DNA of 64,000 nucleotides from Candidatus Latescibacterota bacterium (GCA_965248265.1 CBDFJF010000002.1:1856001-1920000); one strand, 5' to 3'; positions 32,178 through 42,345 are shown, counted from the first letter of the stretch. The notes: generated by a model not told the origin, from the letters alone. Numbers and translations are program-made.

Positions 32178-34856
32178 ATGAAGTGGGCATGGACAGCAGT
32201 AGCGTTGTTGATGGCGGGACAGGCGTGGGCGCAGGACTCGGAGCTTTCACCGACGGCACACCGGACGGTTCCGACTGAACGTCCGAGCGAGAACATCGCC
32301 CTCGGGGCGAGCTACACGATAGAGCCGAGTCCGAACTACAGGCTTTGCAGCGACCCCGGCGATTTCGAGCAACTGACCGATGGGGTCTGCACGGAGGGCT
32401 ATTTCTGGGCGCAGCTGTCGACCGTGGGCTACCAGGAAAGGACGCCCTCCATGGTGACGATTGACCTGGGCGAGGTGAAGCCGATACGGGGGGTGTCCTA
32501 CCACACCGCTGGGGGGTTTGCCGACGTGCTCTGGCCGCTGACGATCCGCATCCTCGTGGCGGGTGAAAATGAGGAGTTTCATGAGATTGGCGACCTGGTC
32601 CAATTGAGCGAGGCACAGCACGGACCGCTCGCGCCGGTGAGGGCGACCGATGCCATGTGGGCGGTGGACACCGTCGGTTTCAGACAGGACCAGATCCACC
32701 ATCACTACAACCTCAACCGGGATCGCTTCCCGGAGAAAATGACTCCCGAGGTTCGTGAGCAGGTCATCAAGGATGCCTACAAAACTCGAGCCGAGCAGTA
32801 TGGGACGTACCGCTACTGGACAGACCGGCTGCGGACGCACGGGCGCTACGTCAGCCTGGTCGTGTGGAACGAGCCGTACACCTTCGTGGACGAGATCGAG
32901 GTCTACGCTGGAGAGCCAGAGTGGGTGGATGAGCCGCTGCCGGGACCGGCCTTCCCGGACGTTGAGACGTATGCGGTCAGGCTCGCCATCGAGAGAGGAA
33001 TCCGGACCCGCCTGACGCAGGACATCGAGGCCTTGCGGCAGACGGCCGAAGACGGCATCCCGGCGCAGACACAGAGCGCTGTGTTGGGCGAGCTGGCGAC
33101 TGTGGAGGCGAATATGCGGCAGGCCAGCAGGGCGTTCGGCGATGACTTCGAGACCGTGCTGCCGCTGAACTCGTGGCACGAACGGGTCCTGCAAACTCAA
33201 GCCCGACTCTGGCGCGCCAGGGGATTGGAACCGCTCACGTTCTGGCGTTCGAACCTGTGGGATCCCCTACCCCTCATCGGCACGCCGGACACGACAGCGG
33301 ATCTGGCCGTCGACGTGCACCTGATGCGCAAGGAGCACCGAGCGGCCGCGTTCAATGTGAGCAACAGCAGTGACGAGCCGATGCAGGTCGCCTTCCGCTT
33401 GAGCGGGCTTCCCGGGGGCGACAATCCGGAGTACGTGACCGTTCACGAGGTGATCTGGACGGACACGCGCAGCGGCATGCCGGTCGCAGCCGCTCTACCA
33501 GAGATTACTGCTGACAGCGGTCTGTATGCGGTCTCCGTACCGTCGGGTATGACCCGACAGGTGTGGCTGACCTTCCATCCGGTCGACGTAGAACCCGGCA
33601 ACTACGAAGGTGAGGTGGTCGTAGAATTGACGCCCGGGGGCAAGCGGTTTCCCTTGCGCATGCACCTGTATCCGCTCGACTTCCCCAAGCATCAGTCGCT
33701 TCACATGGGCGGCTGGGACTATACGGACGCGGTCGGTTGGCACTCCCTCGTGACGGAGCAGAACCGGTCGCTCATCATTCAGCACCTGCGCGAACGGTTC
33801 GTGGACTCGCCGTGGGGCTCGCCTCGGCTGCTGGATCCGAGCTACCCGGATGTGCAGGGCACACATGATGCGCAGGGGGTGATGACGGCGCCCCCCAACA
33901 CGACCAGGTTCGATGCATGGCTCGAGTTGTGGCCGGGTGCAGCCCAGTACCTCGTGTTCTGGCAAGTGGGCGATCGTTTCACTTCGATGGGCGACAAGTA
34001 CAGATGGGCCATGGGCACACCGGAGTTCGAGACGGCGGTCAGGGACTGGGTGACCTTCTGGGCCGAGTACATGGTGTCGAAAGGGTTGCAGCCCGAACAG
34101 CTGGCCCTGTTGCTGGTGGACGAGCCCGACGAGCCCTTCCAGGACGAGCTCATCCTGGCCTGGGCGAAGCCGATCCGCGAAGCGGACACGGGAGTCCGCA
34201 TCTGGGAGGATGTGACCCACGACGACATGAACGAGGCGAACCAGGAGATGATCGACGCGTGCCACGTGTTGTGCCCGAACTACCAGGCCTTCGTGAGCAA
34301 GGGCGAGGACTATCGCAAATACTACCTGACGAAGCGGGATCAGGGGATCGCGCTGGAATTCTACTCGTCATGGCCGAGTCGAATTTTCGATCCGTACGCG
34401 GGCCGGCTGAATGCTTGGTCATGCTGGCGCTACGGGGCCGATGCCTTCTACATGTGGTCGCTGACGGACACGGGCCACGCGTCATCGTGGAACGAATACC
34501 TGACTATCAAGAATGCCTACGCCCCCATCTTCATCGATGAGGAGTCGGTGACGGCCGGCAAACACCTCGAGGCAGCGCGGGAAGGGGTGGAGGACTACGA
34601 GTATTTCGCGATGTTGGACCGGGCGATCCAGGAAGCGTCTGCTCAGGGGATGATGGGTCCGGAGGTGGAGGAGGCGCGTCGGTTGCTGGAGAGCCTGCCG
34701 ACCCGTGTCCTGGAGGCCGGGGGCCACGTGGATGGGCTCTACGACGACCAGCCGCTGAACGGCTTTCACTGGCTGAACGAGAAGGTGGACCGCACGTTGG
34801 CGGACGAGGCACGGATTCAGGTGTTGGCGGCGTTGACGGCGCTGGCTGAGCTCTGA
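32178..34856 (+). CDS. Secreted DUF4091/GH123-like protein (paralog C)
   Basis: Signal peptide and same motifs as A and B; REGVEDYEY. Confidence 0.72.
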   Translation: MKWAWTAVALLMAGQAWAQDSELSPTAHRTVPTERPSENIALGASYTIEPSPNYRLCSDPGDFEQLTDGVCTEGYFWAQLSTVGYQERTPSMVTIDLGEVKPIRGVSYHTAGGFADVLWPLTIRILVAGENEEFHEIGDLVQLSEAQHGPLAPVRATDAMWAVDTVGFRQDQIHHHYNLNRDRFPEKMTPEVREQVIKDAYKTRAEQYGTYRYWTDRLRTHGRYVSLVVWNEPYTFVDEIEVYAGEPEWVDEPLPGPAFPDVETYAVRLAIERGIRTRLTQDIEALRQTAEDGIPAQTQSAVLGELATVEANMRQASRAFGDDFETVLPLNSWHERVLQTQARLWRARGLEPLTFWRSNLWDPLPLIGTPDTTADLAVDVHLMRKEHRAAAFNVSNSSDEPMQVAFRLSGLPGGDNPEYVTVHEVIWTDTRSGMPVAAALPEITADSGLYAVSVPSGMTRQVWLTFHPVDVEPGNYEGEVVVELTPGGKRFPLRMHLYPLDFPKHQSLHMGGWDYTDAVGWHSLVTEQNRSLIIQHLRERFVDSPWGSPRLLDPSYPDVQGTHDAQGVMTAPPNTTRFDAWLELWPGAAQYLVFWQVGDRFTSMGDKYRWAMGTPEFETAVRDWVTFWAEYMVSKGLQPEQLALLLVDEPDEPFQDELILAWAKPIREADTGVRIWEDVTHDDMNEANQEMIDACHVLCPNYQAFVSKGEDYRKYYLTKRDQGIALEFYSSWPSRIFDPYAGRLNAWSCWRYGADAFYMWSLTDTGHASSWNEYLTIKNAYAPIFIDEESVTAGKHLEAAREGVEDYEYFAMLDRAIQEASAQGMMGPEVEEARRLLESLPTRVLEAGGHVDGLYDDQPLNGFHWLNEKVDRTLADEARIQVLAALTALAEL

Positions 34857-35025
34857 GGTCAGGCGGTTCGCCAGGGTGCGCGGTGCCCGACTGGACAAGA
34901 CCGCTGATTTGGTCGCCCGGGGCGGGCCACCGACGGTTACAAACCTACCGTCAATTGTCGCTCCGTGACCCGCCAACCGCATCACTCGACGTGGTTCGAC
35001 CGCTGAGGCTCGTGTTCGAGTGGGC

Positions 35026-35065
35026 TTGACAGTGTAACCCTGCTTCGTATATCCTAAGTATATAC
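35026..35065 (+). promoter_or_regulatory. mazEF promoter/operator
   Basis: TTGACA-N16-TATATC overlapping the inverted repeat GTATAT-N7-ATATAC, typical of TA autoregulation. Confidence 0.55.
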
Positions 35066-35082
35066 ATTCAAGGAGAGCCGAC

Positions 35083-35328
35083 ATGCCCAAAGTGCAGAAG
35101 TGGGGGAACAGTCAGGGACTGAGATTCCCCAAGGATGTTTTGGAACAAGCACGGATCGACGTTGGTGACGAAGTCGAAATCTCGGTCGAGAATCGTGCCA
35201 TCGTTGTCCGTGCCAGGGGCCGAGCGGGGAGCAAGCACAACCTCGAGAAGCTTGTCGCCAAAATGCCAAAGCAGTACAAGCCGGTCGAAGAAGACTGGGG
35301 CGATGCGGTGGGAAAGGAAACCTGGTAG
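35083..35328 (+). CDS. mazE: AbrB/MazE antitoxin
   Basis: KVQKWGNSQGLRFPK...DWGDAVGKETW. Confidence 0.92.
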   Translation: MPKVQKWGNSQGLRFPKDVLEQARIDVGDEVEISVENRAIVVRARGRAGSKHNLEKLVAKMPKQYKPVEEDWGDAVGKETW

Positions 35329-35667
35329 GTGGCTGCGTACAAGCCCAAGCAGGGAGACTTTGTCGGACTGAGCTTCGACCCCCAATCTGGCCATGAACAG
35401 AAGGGCCACAGACCGGCCCTCGTGGTCAGCCGCGACCTCTTCAATCGACGCACGGGTCTGGCCATCGTCTGCCCCATCACCAAGACCGACCGGCGAATGC
35501 CGTTTCATGTCGCCATTCCAGATGATCTACCGCTGACAGGCTTTGTGATGGTTGAGCAGGTCAAGTCGGTAGACTACTCCAGCCGGCGTGCCCACCGAAT
35601 TGGACATGCGACACCCGACGTGATGGATGAGGTTCTGGCCATACTCGACTCCTGTATCTACGAATGA
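35329..35667 (+). CDS. mazF: PemK/MazF endoribonuclease toxin
   Basis: FDPQSGHEQKGHRPALVVS...CPIT...EQVKSVD; abuts the antitoxin. Confidence 0.92.
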   Translation: MAAYKPKQGDFVGLSFDPQSGHEQKGHRPALVVSRDLFNRRTGLAIVCPITKTDRRMPFHVAIPDDLPLTGFVMVEQVKSVDYSSRRAHRIGHATPDVMDEVLAILDSCIYE

Positions 35668-36021
35668 AAAGCGCCGCGAAGCCGATCGCGACTCGTGGTG
35701 ATGTGCGGCGAACTGGCTCATCTGCCCACCCTCCGGCACCTCACCGACGAGCCGCAGATAGGTCCCGAAGTTCGATACGCGCCCGAAGGTTACTTCCGCC
35801 CCGTCGCCGGTCAGTCTGAAGCGCGTCCCCTCGTCGCACCACCGCATTCCGTCCGGCGAAATCTGGACTCGCGCCTCCGCCGTTTCGACCGGCCCGCCCG
35901 ACTCCAGTACGCGGACGTAGAAGATGGCCTCCGATGCCCACGCCGCCTCGTAGGGCTCGGTCTCGAAGGCCCCGGCCCAGACGACATCGCGCTCCAACAC
36001 TGTTGTGTGGCTCTGCCTCAT
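35527..36021 (-). pseudogene. DUF6385-like small beta protein, 3' end probably replaced
   Basis: MRQSHTTVLER...TEPYEAAWASEA...QISPDG..W; after ~35720 the frame continues as non-family sequence antisense to mazF. Confidence 0.5.
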
Positions 36022-36071
36022 GTCACACCGAAACCTCGCTCAGAAGTCCCCCGACAGCGTCACCGAATCCG

Positions 36072-36316
36072 CGTACAAGGGCCCTTTTTTCCTGACGGAG
36101 GTATGTGGCAGGTCGGGCTTGAAAACGACAGTGGGTAGGATTGGTTACACTGTATTGCGTAATCGGCGTATTGCGTAATCGGCCGATCTGTTGCTGATTT
36201 CGTTTCAAGGCCCTGCTCGTCGCGAGTGTGGTGTTCGGCGTACGGTTCGACCGAGGATCTCCTGCTCTCAGCTGCGGTCTCGGCAGGTACAGTCGTCCGA
36301 TAATGCCTCTTGGTCT
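36072..36316 (-). mobile_element. 245-bp repeated non-coding module, copy 1 (IS91/ISCR-end-like)
   Basis: Matches 41807-42051 with one visible mismatch; contains tandem gtattgcgtaatcggc x2 (36152-36183). Confidence 0.7.
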
Positions 36317-36720
36317 TGCAGGTGACGGGCGTGGATCCAAGCGTGTGCCCTGCGTGCGGCCAAGGACGTATGCACACTGTGCAGATTCTCAGCCCATCGG
36401 AACAGCGCGCACCACCTGAATGGCGTCAATCGGCATGAGCACGAAGAATTCAATGGAACATCTCCAGGCGACGGACAGACCGTGCCTTCTTGCCTCTACA
36501 CGGAGCGGTATATCATCTTTTCCTGCACTTTCGCGACCAAGGAACGCTCAGAAAGGCGCCTTTTGATCGGCTTTATCCTCGGCTGATGCAATCATCAACC
36601 GAGCGGGGCGTATCCCTGCGCGCCGTCTTCTGCGGGCTCGATGAGGTAGTTTGGACCGTCTACGATCTGGACCGGCCAGGGTACCGACCCGCCTTGATAG
36701 AAAAACCGGCTTTCGATCAA
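36317..36720 (+). mobile_element. IS91-family transposase C-terminal remnant and downstream end
   Basis: Encodes QVTGVDPSVCPACGQGRMHTVQILSPSEQRAPP...* (stop 36438), the CPxC..M...RAPP tail of IS91 transposases. The right boundary is approximate. Confidence 0.6.
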
Positions 36721-36847
36721 CCGGGTGTATGCGTGGCGAGTCATGGCAGCAATTTGATTGCATATCATCCGCCGAACGCCGACGGGCGCGGTGAATCAAA
36801 CGGGCAGCTGAAGGTGTATGCACTCGACACCGGGTAGTTGCCACATC

Positions 36848-36937
36848 ATTTAACAACCGGTTGCCACTACGCCGCCTTGGGCGGCTTGGCCTTCGGCAAC
36901 TCGCTTCGCGACTTCGGCAACCGGCAAAACGTTACGC
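36848..36937 (+). other. Isolated attC-like site
   Basis: ATTTAAC...CCGGTTGCC...GGCAACCGG...GTTACGC, directly after a stop codon at 36837. Confidence 0.5.
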
Positions 36938-36991
36938 GAAAAATGAAGTTGCTGTTCAATCAGTAGTTCGACAGAAAGCGAAGGGGCAGAC

Positions 36992-38551
36992 ATGCTCACA
37001 CTCAAACAATCCATGGAATTGGCAGGGACAAATCTGCTTCACAGCCTTCTGCCCCACGATGACTACCTGCCACTGTGGTCGGTCAAGATTGACCGTGATA
37101 TGCGAGCTCAGTGCAACTTGGCCTCGCCTGAACACAACATTGGAAGATGGTGGGATGCCTTGCTGCGACTGGAGGCGGCCACGGGTTTTGCGATTCCGGC
37201 CGAGATGGAAGCGGCCATGCTTCTACATCTCGAAAACTGCCTGGACAATCCATTGTCGATCTGCGGACCACTGAACAAAAAGGCAGACTGCTTCGATCAT
37301 CACTCACAGCGCGAAGTCCTCCTGGCCCTCGCAGGGCTGGTGCGCTACCGCGACAGCAAGTGGGCGACGGCTACGGGCACCCGAATGATCCGAGCCCTCG
37401 ACCGGTACATCGACGACGAAGGGACGTGGAATATCCAGATGATGTCCGACTTAGCGCGGCGGGGGGAACGCCCCATCGAGCCGGAACACATCGCAGAAAT
37501 AAGGGGAATGGGATCCGCAGGTGTCGTGCTCGCCTTGAGTCACGGCCGGATGATCGAGGGGCTTGTGGAATTCCACGCCGCGACCGGGAGCGAGGATGCC
37601 ATTAGACTGGCGGACCGACTGGCACGGTTCCATCTCGAAGCAACGACGCTCCCCGACGGCTCGGTCCCCGACACCGAGGGGTATGTCCACACGCATTCCC
37701 TGTTCGGAACCTACCGCGGACTCCTGATGTACGGTCGCCTGACCCGTCAGCATGAGTATGTTGAGCGCATTGCGAGAACCTATGCCTTAACTGTCCGTAC
37801 CCACGTGAAGCAATCCGGATTCATCTCCCACGATTGGGGCAGCGACAACAGGGGCGAAACCACGTCGCCGGGCGATGCAGCCCAGTTGGCGCTGTGGCTT
37901 GCCCAGTTCGGCTACAGCGAATTTCTGGACGACGCAGAACGGATCGTCCGCGCCCGCATTCTTCCTTCGCAGATTACCGCGCCGCTTGGTCTGAAACCGG
38001 CTGCGGATGACGAGGACGAGCATGCCAATCTCGATGACCGGGCTATCGGCGCTTTCGGGGGCATGCACCACCATCCCCACGGGGGAAAGCGGCCGACCAC
38101 GGACATCACGGCGGCGGACCTGCACACCCTGTGCGATATCTTCACTCACATCGTGGAAGAGACGGGGATGGGACTGGTGGTCAATTTCCATTTCGACTAT
38201 GAAGACGGGAGGATACGCGTCGAGGATAACCGTGGAGATGTCGGCCGACTCACGATCCAGCCCAAGGTCGCACAGCCGGTGTGCATCCGAATCCCCGGTT
38301 GGGCCTCGATGGAATCCATACGGCTCGCGGTGAACGGCCAGCCCAGCCACGTATCCCGAATCGGCAACTTCCTGTTCGTGCCACGGCACGAACCACCGGT
38401 GCGGATTACGGTCGAGTATGGACTGCCGGTTCAGACGATTGACGAGAGCACAGACGGCGTCGACTATCGGATCACCTGGCGGGGCGACGATGTCATCGGG
38501 ATTGCACCGAACACGGACTTCCTTCCCTTCTATGCTACGGCATCCGAATAG
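36992..38551 (+). CDS. Hypothetical protein, GH127/DUF1680-like (alpha/alpha) barrel
   Basis: HNIGRWWDALL, HTHS, GET, DDAERIVR..LPSQ, IRIPGW. Confidence 0.55.
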   Translation: MLTLKQSMELAGTNLLHSLLPHDDYLPLWSVKIDRDMRAQCNLASPEHNIGRWWDALLRLEAATGFAIPAEMEAAMLLHLENCLDNPLSICGPLNKKADCFDHHSQREVLLALAGLVRYRDSKWATATGTRMIRALDRYIDDEGTWNIQMMSDLARRGERPIEPEHIAEIRGMGSAGVVLALSHGRMIEGLVEFHAATGSEDAIRLADRLARFHLEATTLPDGSVPDTEGYVHTHSLFGTYRGLLMYGRLTRQHEYVERIARTYALTVRTHVKQSGFISHDWGSDNRGETTSPGDAAQLALWLAQFGYSEFLDDAERIVRARILPSQITAPLGLKPAADDEDEHANLDDRAIGAFGGMHHHPHGGKRPTTDITAADLHTLCDIFTHIVEETGMGLVVNFHFDYEDGRIRVEDNRGDVGRLTIQPKVAQPVCIRIPGWASMESIRLAVNGQPSHVSRIGNFLFVPRHEPPVRITVEYGLPVQTIDESTDGVDYRITWRGDDVIGIAPNTDFLPFYATASE

Positions 38552-38743
38552 CCGTCGCGGTCAGATGAATAGAGGCCAATGTCGAACAACCGGGTCGAGG
38601 CGACGCGGCGGACCGAGCGCCTCACCCGTAGCGTCAAATCGAATCTGGAAGTCATTCTTCGCGTAACACCTGGTTTTCGCTGCGGCGCGACGTATAGGTA
38701 CAATGAAAGCGCTTGTGCACCGCTGAGCATGTGTGGGGATCTT

Positions 38744-39909
38744 TGGAGCAGGCGGATACCCATAGTTGAGGAGGTGCACGGCATGCTATACGCGGCAGTG
38801 GATGGACACACGAAGCGTTCCCAGATCACGGTGATGGATGAGGCAGGGGTGGTCATAAAGCGGACTCAAGTGGCGAGTTCACGAGCCGGCATCCACGGTG
38901 CTCTGGGACAATACCGACGCCCGGTGAAGTCTGTAGTGGAGGCCAGCTACAACTGGGGTCCTCTGTACGATTGGCTGGAGGAGGTCTCGGAAGAGGTAGT
39001 GCTGGCTCATCCCGCCAAGTACGGGCCATTGCCGAAGCGCGCATCAAGACCGACAAAATCGATTCGGAGACCCTGGCGCATCTGTTGCGCTCTGATCTGA
39101 TCCCGGCAGCCTATGCGCCGTCCAAGGACATCCGATCGGTCAAACGCGTACTTCGCCAACGAATGTTTCTGGTGCGGGTCCGGACCATGGTCAAGAACCG
39201 GATTCGTGCGTTGCTGGCGCAGCATCCACTGGAGCCGCCGTCGGTCAGTGATCTGTACGGCAAGGTAGGGATGCGCTGGTTGATGGGCCTGCAGCTGCCG
39301 GACCCAGATGGTTGGCTGCTGCGCGAGGACCTGGAGCTGTTGGAGGGGTTGCACGAACGCATCGGTCAGACCGACGTGCTCATCGAGATGCTCTCTGAGG
39401 GCGATGAGGCCGTGCGCTGGCTGAAGAGTCTGCCTGGCATCGGAGACTTTTTCTCGGTGTTGATCCGCTACGAAGTCGATGTCATGACCCGCTTCAGAAC
39501 GGCCAAAAAGTTTGCTGGCTATACCGGCCTGGTACCCTCGACCTACAGCTCGGGGACCCGGACGTTTCACGGTCGCTTGACCAAGCAGGGCAACAAATGG
39601 TTGCGCTGGGCCTTCATCGAGGCGGTCAGTCCGGCCACACGTCGTTCGCCGTGGTTGCGGCGGTATTATCAGCGCGTCAAGACGCGGCGTGGCGCGAAGG
39701 ACGCGCGCACGGCTACGGCGCGCAAGTTGGCCGAGCTTGCGTGGAACGTATGGAGTGAACAACGATGCTATGAGGAACGCTAAACGCGGTTTCGGGATCC
39801 CGGTTGCCCTCAGTACGTCCTGGGCGTAAGGCCCCTCGTATAGGTTAGGGAGCCGTGGGTCCCACCTGTATGGTGTGTGTCGGCCAGTGCGTCGGGAATC
39901 TGCCATATG
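38744..39909 (+). mobile_element. IS110 family (IS1111-type) element
   Basis: Sub-terminal IRs ggcggataccc (38751) / gggaatctgcc (39894), candidate TG core at both ends, ~120-bp non-coding right end. Confidence 0.7.
38783..39783 (+). pseudogene. IS110 DEDD recombinase/transposase, frameshifted
   Basis: AVDGH, VVEASY, KTDKIDS, LPGIG, GLVPSTYSSG, ATARKLA; one G missing at ~39020 (HPAK|VRAIA). Confidence 0.88.
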
Positions 39910-39968
39910 AGCGACCGGACAACCGGACCGCCGTGCCTTTTCAAGAATCGCCGCTCGGCGCACCCCCT

Positions 39969-41528
39969 TCAGCCGGCCTCCACAAACTGGAACGCGTAGA
40001 GCTTCGCTGAGCGCATCGTGACGCGCATCCGGACAGGCCGGCCACTCAGTGAGCCGACGTCCGGGCCGCCCCGCCACCAGACCTCCTGTGCGACACCGTT
40101 CCGGTCGACCGACACGGCGTCCTGGAACGTGTACCCGGGCAACGGCTTCCCGGTTTCGTCCTGGAGTTCGACCCACGCTTCGCCCGTCGCGCCGCAGTCG
40201 ATGTTCAGCTGCAGACGGCTCCCAGCGAACTCGATCGGCGGCGTCACAAACCAACCGTCCTCCGGCCCTGCATCTACCGAGACGAAACCGTCCAGACGCT
40301 GTTTGGCCTGCCAGATGCGCACGTCCGTGTCAGGGGTTCCGTGGGTGGTCGCTGCCTCGGTGTAGTACTGGTAGACGAAGTTGCCTCGCCGGATCAGGCC
40401 CACCCCCATGTAGACTGATCCTCCGAGGTGCGGCTCGTCTATCAGACCAAGACCAACGTAGGGCGTGCGGAACCGTTCGAATGTGACGCCGTCGCGGCTC
40501 ACGGCGAGCTGCACCTCCACTGGGCCGTCTTTCGGGTTCTGCCCTCGATGGTCCCGCCCATGGCTGTCCTGCTCGCCGTATTGGCGGAACATGGATGGGA
40601 AGGCAAAGATGGCGTCGTCCGCCCATACGTACGGGTTGACGCAGGGCGTGTAGACGTCCGTGGCCGGCGGATCACGCTCGTCACCCGCCATGACCACCGG
40701 CGCGCACTGCGGCGGCAGCCGGTCGTAAAGCCCGACCGGGCTCCTGGGAAGCGTCGTGTCCTCATGGAAGTCGAACGGCAACTGCGTGAGCTCGGGCGAA
40801 GTCAGGCGGGCGACCGTCCGCCTTCTCCCCCAGCCCGGGCCCCACGTACCCGCGGCCGCCGCGCCGCGCAGATATGCAACGTAGGCGCCGGCGCCGGCAT
40901 CGTAGAGGACCTGGTTCTGCGTGTCGCAGCGGAAGGGAACCACGACGCCGCTGCGCAGTCGGCGCCACGATATGCCATCCTCCGAATGGAGCAGGTACAC
41001 CGCGCCGTGGACGTGGACTTTCCGGCCGTCGTCGAAATAGCCGTAGTACGTTTCCCGGGCTTCGTCCCAGATGGGCGGCTCGGTGCGCTCGCCCAGCGAT
41101 CCCGCGAACCAGAATCGGCAGCCGCATGTCTCCCGGGGATCGAGGAACGGCGTGCCGACCGCACCGGGCATGACCACGTTGTTCTGAGCCAATCCCGCCA
41201 CCTCGAACCGGTCCACCTGCGCCAGTTCCCAGTCGATGCCGTCGCCCGAGTACGCCAGGCAGCACATGCAATTTAGCTGATCAGACGCCTCGTTCGGCAT
41301 CATCTCGATCGGCATCATGAGGTAGTACAGCCACAGACGTCCGTCGACGTCGAGTACCGTCAAACCGCCGGCGTGCTGCAGACCGCGGAGGGACGGCAGA
41401 TTGACTGGTGTACGCTGAAGGGGGAGATTGACCGTGAACTGCAGGCCCTCGGAAGACTCGACGAAGCGACGGTCAAACAGAAGCTGTTTGCGTGTCCCGA
41501 CAGGCCATACCTGAGTTGCGTGTGCCAT
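39969..41528 (-). CDS. GH32-like beta-propeller protein (paralog Y)
   Basis: Highly similar to 30551 and 43993; same SD and leader as 30551. Confidence 0.75.
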   Translation of the reverse strand: MAHATQVWPVGTRKQLLFDRRFVESSEGLQFTVNLPLQRTPVNLPSLRGLQHAGGLTVLDVDGRLWLYYLMMPIEMMPNEASDQLNCMCCLAYSGDGIDWELAQVDRFEVAGLAQNNVVMPGAVGTPFLDPRETCGCRFWFAGSLGERTEPPIWDEARETYYGYFDDGRKVHVHGAVYLLHSEDGISWRRLRSGVVVPFRCDTQNQVLYDAGAGAYVAYLRGAAAAGTWGPGWGRRRTVARLTSPELTQLPFDFHEDTTLPRSPVGLYDRLPPQCAPVVMAGDERDPPATDVYTPCVNPYVWADDAIFAFPSMFRQYGEQDSHGRDHRGQNPKDGPVEVQLAVSRDGVTFERFRTPYVGLGLIDEPHLGGSVYMGVGLIRRGNFVYQYYTEAATTHGTPDTDVRIWQAKQRLDGFVSVDAGPEDGWFVTPPIEFAGSRLQLNIDCGATGEAWVELQDETGKPLPGYTFQDAVSVDRNGVAQEVWWRGGPDVGSLSGRPVRMRVTMRSAKLYAFQFVEAG

Positions 41529-41574
41529 GGTCCTCTCCTTCTCCCGGGGTTCCCGTAGGGCCGCCGTTACCGAG

Positions 41575-41623
41575 ACGGCGTGCCGTTCGATGTGCATTCT
41601 ATGCGGTCGGCAGGCCGTGTCAA
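41575..41623 (-). promoter_or_regulatory. Near-consensus sigma70 promoter plus palindrome
   Basis: TTGACA-N16-TAGAAT, then ACGGCacGCCGT. Confidence 0.6.
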
Positions 41624-41657
41624 TGGCTGTCTTCGGCATAGCGTAGTAATACGTCGC

Positions 41658-41798
41658 TCAATTCTTGAACCGAAACGAATACACCTCCGCGTCTTTGACC
41701 TCAAACCGCACCCGCACTGGCCTTCCGGGAAACGGACCCTGCCCATCACTCTTCCAGGAGACGAGCTTTGCGATCTGGTCGCCCTTGAGCGGGTCGAC
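41658..41798 (-). pseudogene. 3' remnant of a GH32-like gene
   Basis: DPLKGDQIAKLVSW...GRPVRVRFEVKDAEVYSFRFKN*, matching the C-termini of the 1843 and 3194 proteins. Confidence 0.7.
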
Positions 41799-42051
41799 GT
41801 ATAGGACGTACAAGGGCCCTTTTTTCCTGACGGAGGTATGTGGCAGGTCGGGCTTGAAAACGACAGTGGGTAGGATTGGTTACACTGTATTGCGTAATCG
41901 GCGTATTGCGTAATCGGCCGGTCTGTTGCTGATTTCGTTTCAAGGCCCTGCTCGTCGCGAGTGTGGTGTTCGGCGTACGGTTCGACCGAGGATCTCCTGC
42001 TCTCAGCTGCGGTCTCGGCAGGTACAGTCGTCCGATAATGCCTCTTGGTCT
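41799..42051 (-). mobile_element. Repeated module, copy 2, ending in an oriIS-like motif
   Basis: Minus-strand end CTTGTACGTCCTATAC|GTC resembles the ISCR oriIS (TTGAACTTCCTATAC). Confidence 0.7.
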
Positions 42052-42345
42052 GAGCTGGACGAGGAGGACGAGGTCGAAGTCCAGCTGAACGGGATCGAGC
42101 TATCGTGGGATCAGCGCCGGACTCCGGACCAGCCGTGGACGGAGGAGCACTACGACGGCGCGTGGAATCTCTACCCGTCGAGAACCCGCGCGGAGCCCCT
42201 GGATTGGGATCCGGTCGAATTCATGCTTGAGAGCAGCTGTCTTTGCAGAGGCTCCAACGAATTGCTGGTGCGCCTGGTGCGTCGCGAAACTGCGCCGGCG
42301 TTGGTACTGCAGTCGGTGAGGATCTGGATCCGCTACGCCAAGTAG
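42052..42345 (+). pseudogene. 3' remnant of a hypothetical (possibly GH-associated) gene
   Basis: Coding-like frame ELDEEDEVEVQLNG...RGSNELLVRL...VRIWIRYAK* begins abruptly at the module edge. Confidence 0.55.

Noticed and set aside
39007-40254. 415-aa minus-strand ORF and other long antisense or alternate-frame ORFs
   Set aside because: They overlap motif-supported genes and are typical high-GC shadow ORFs.
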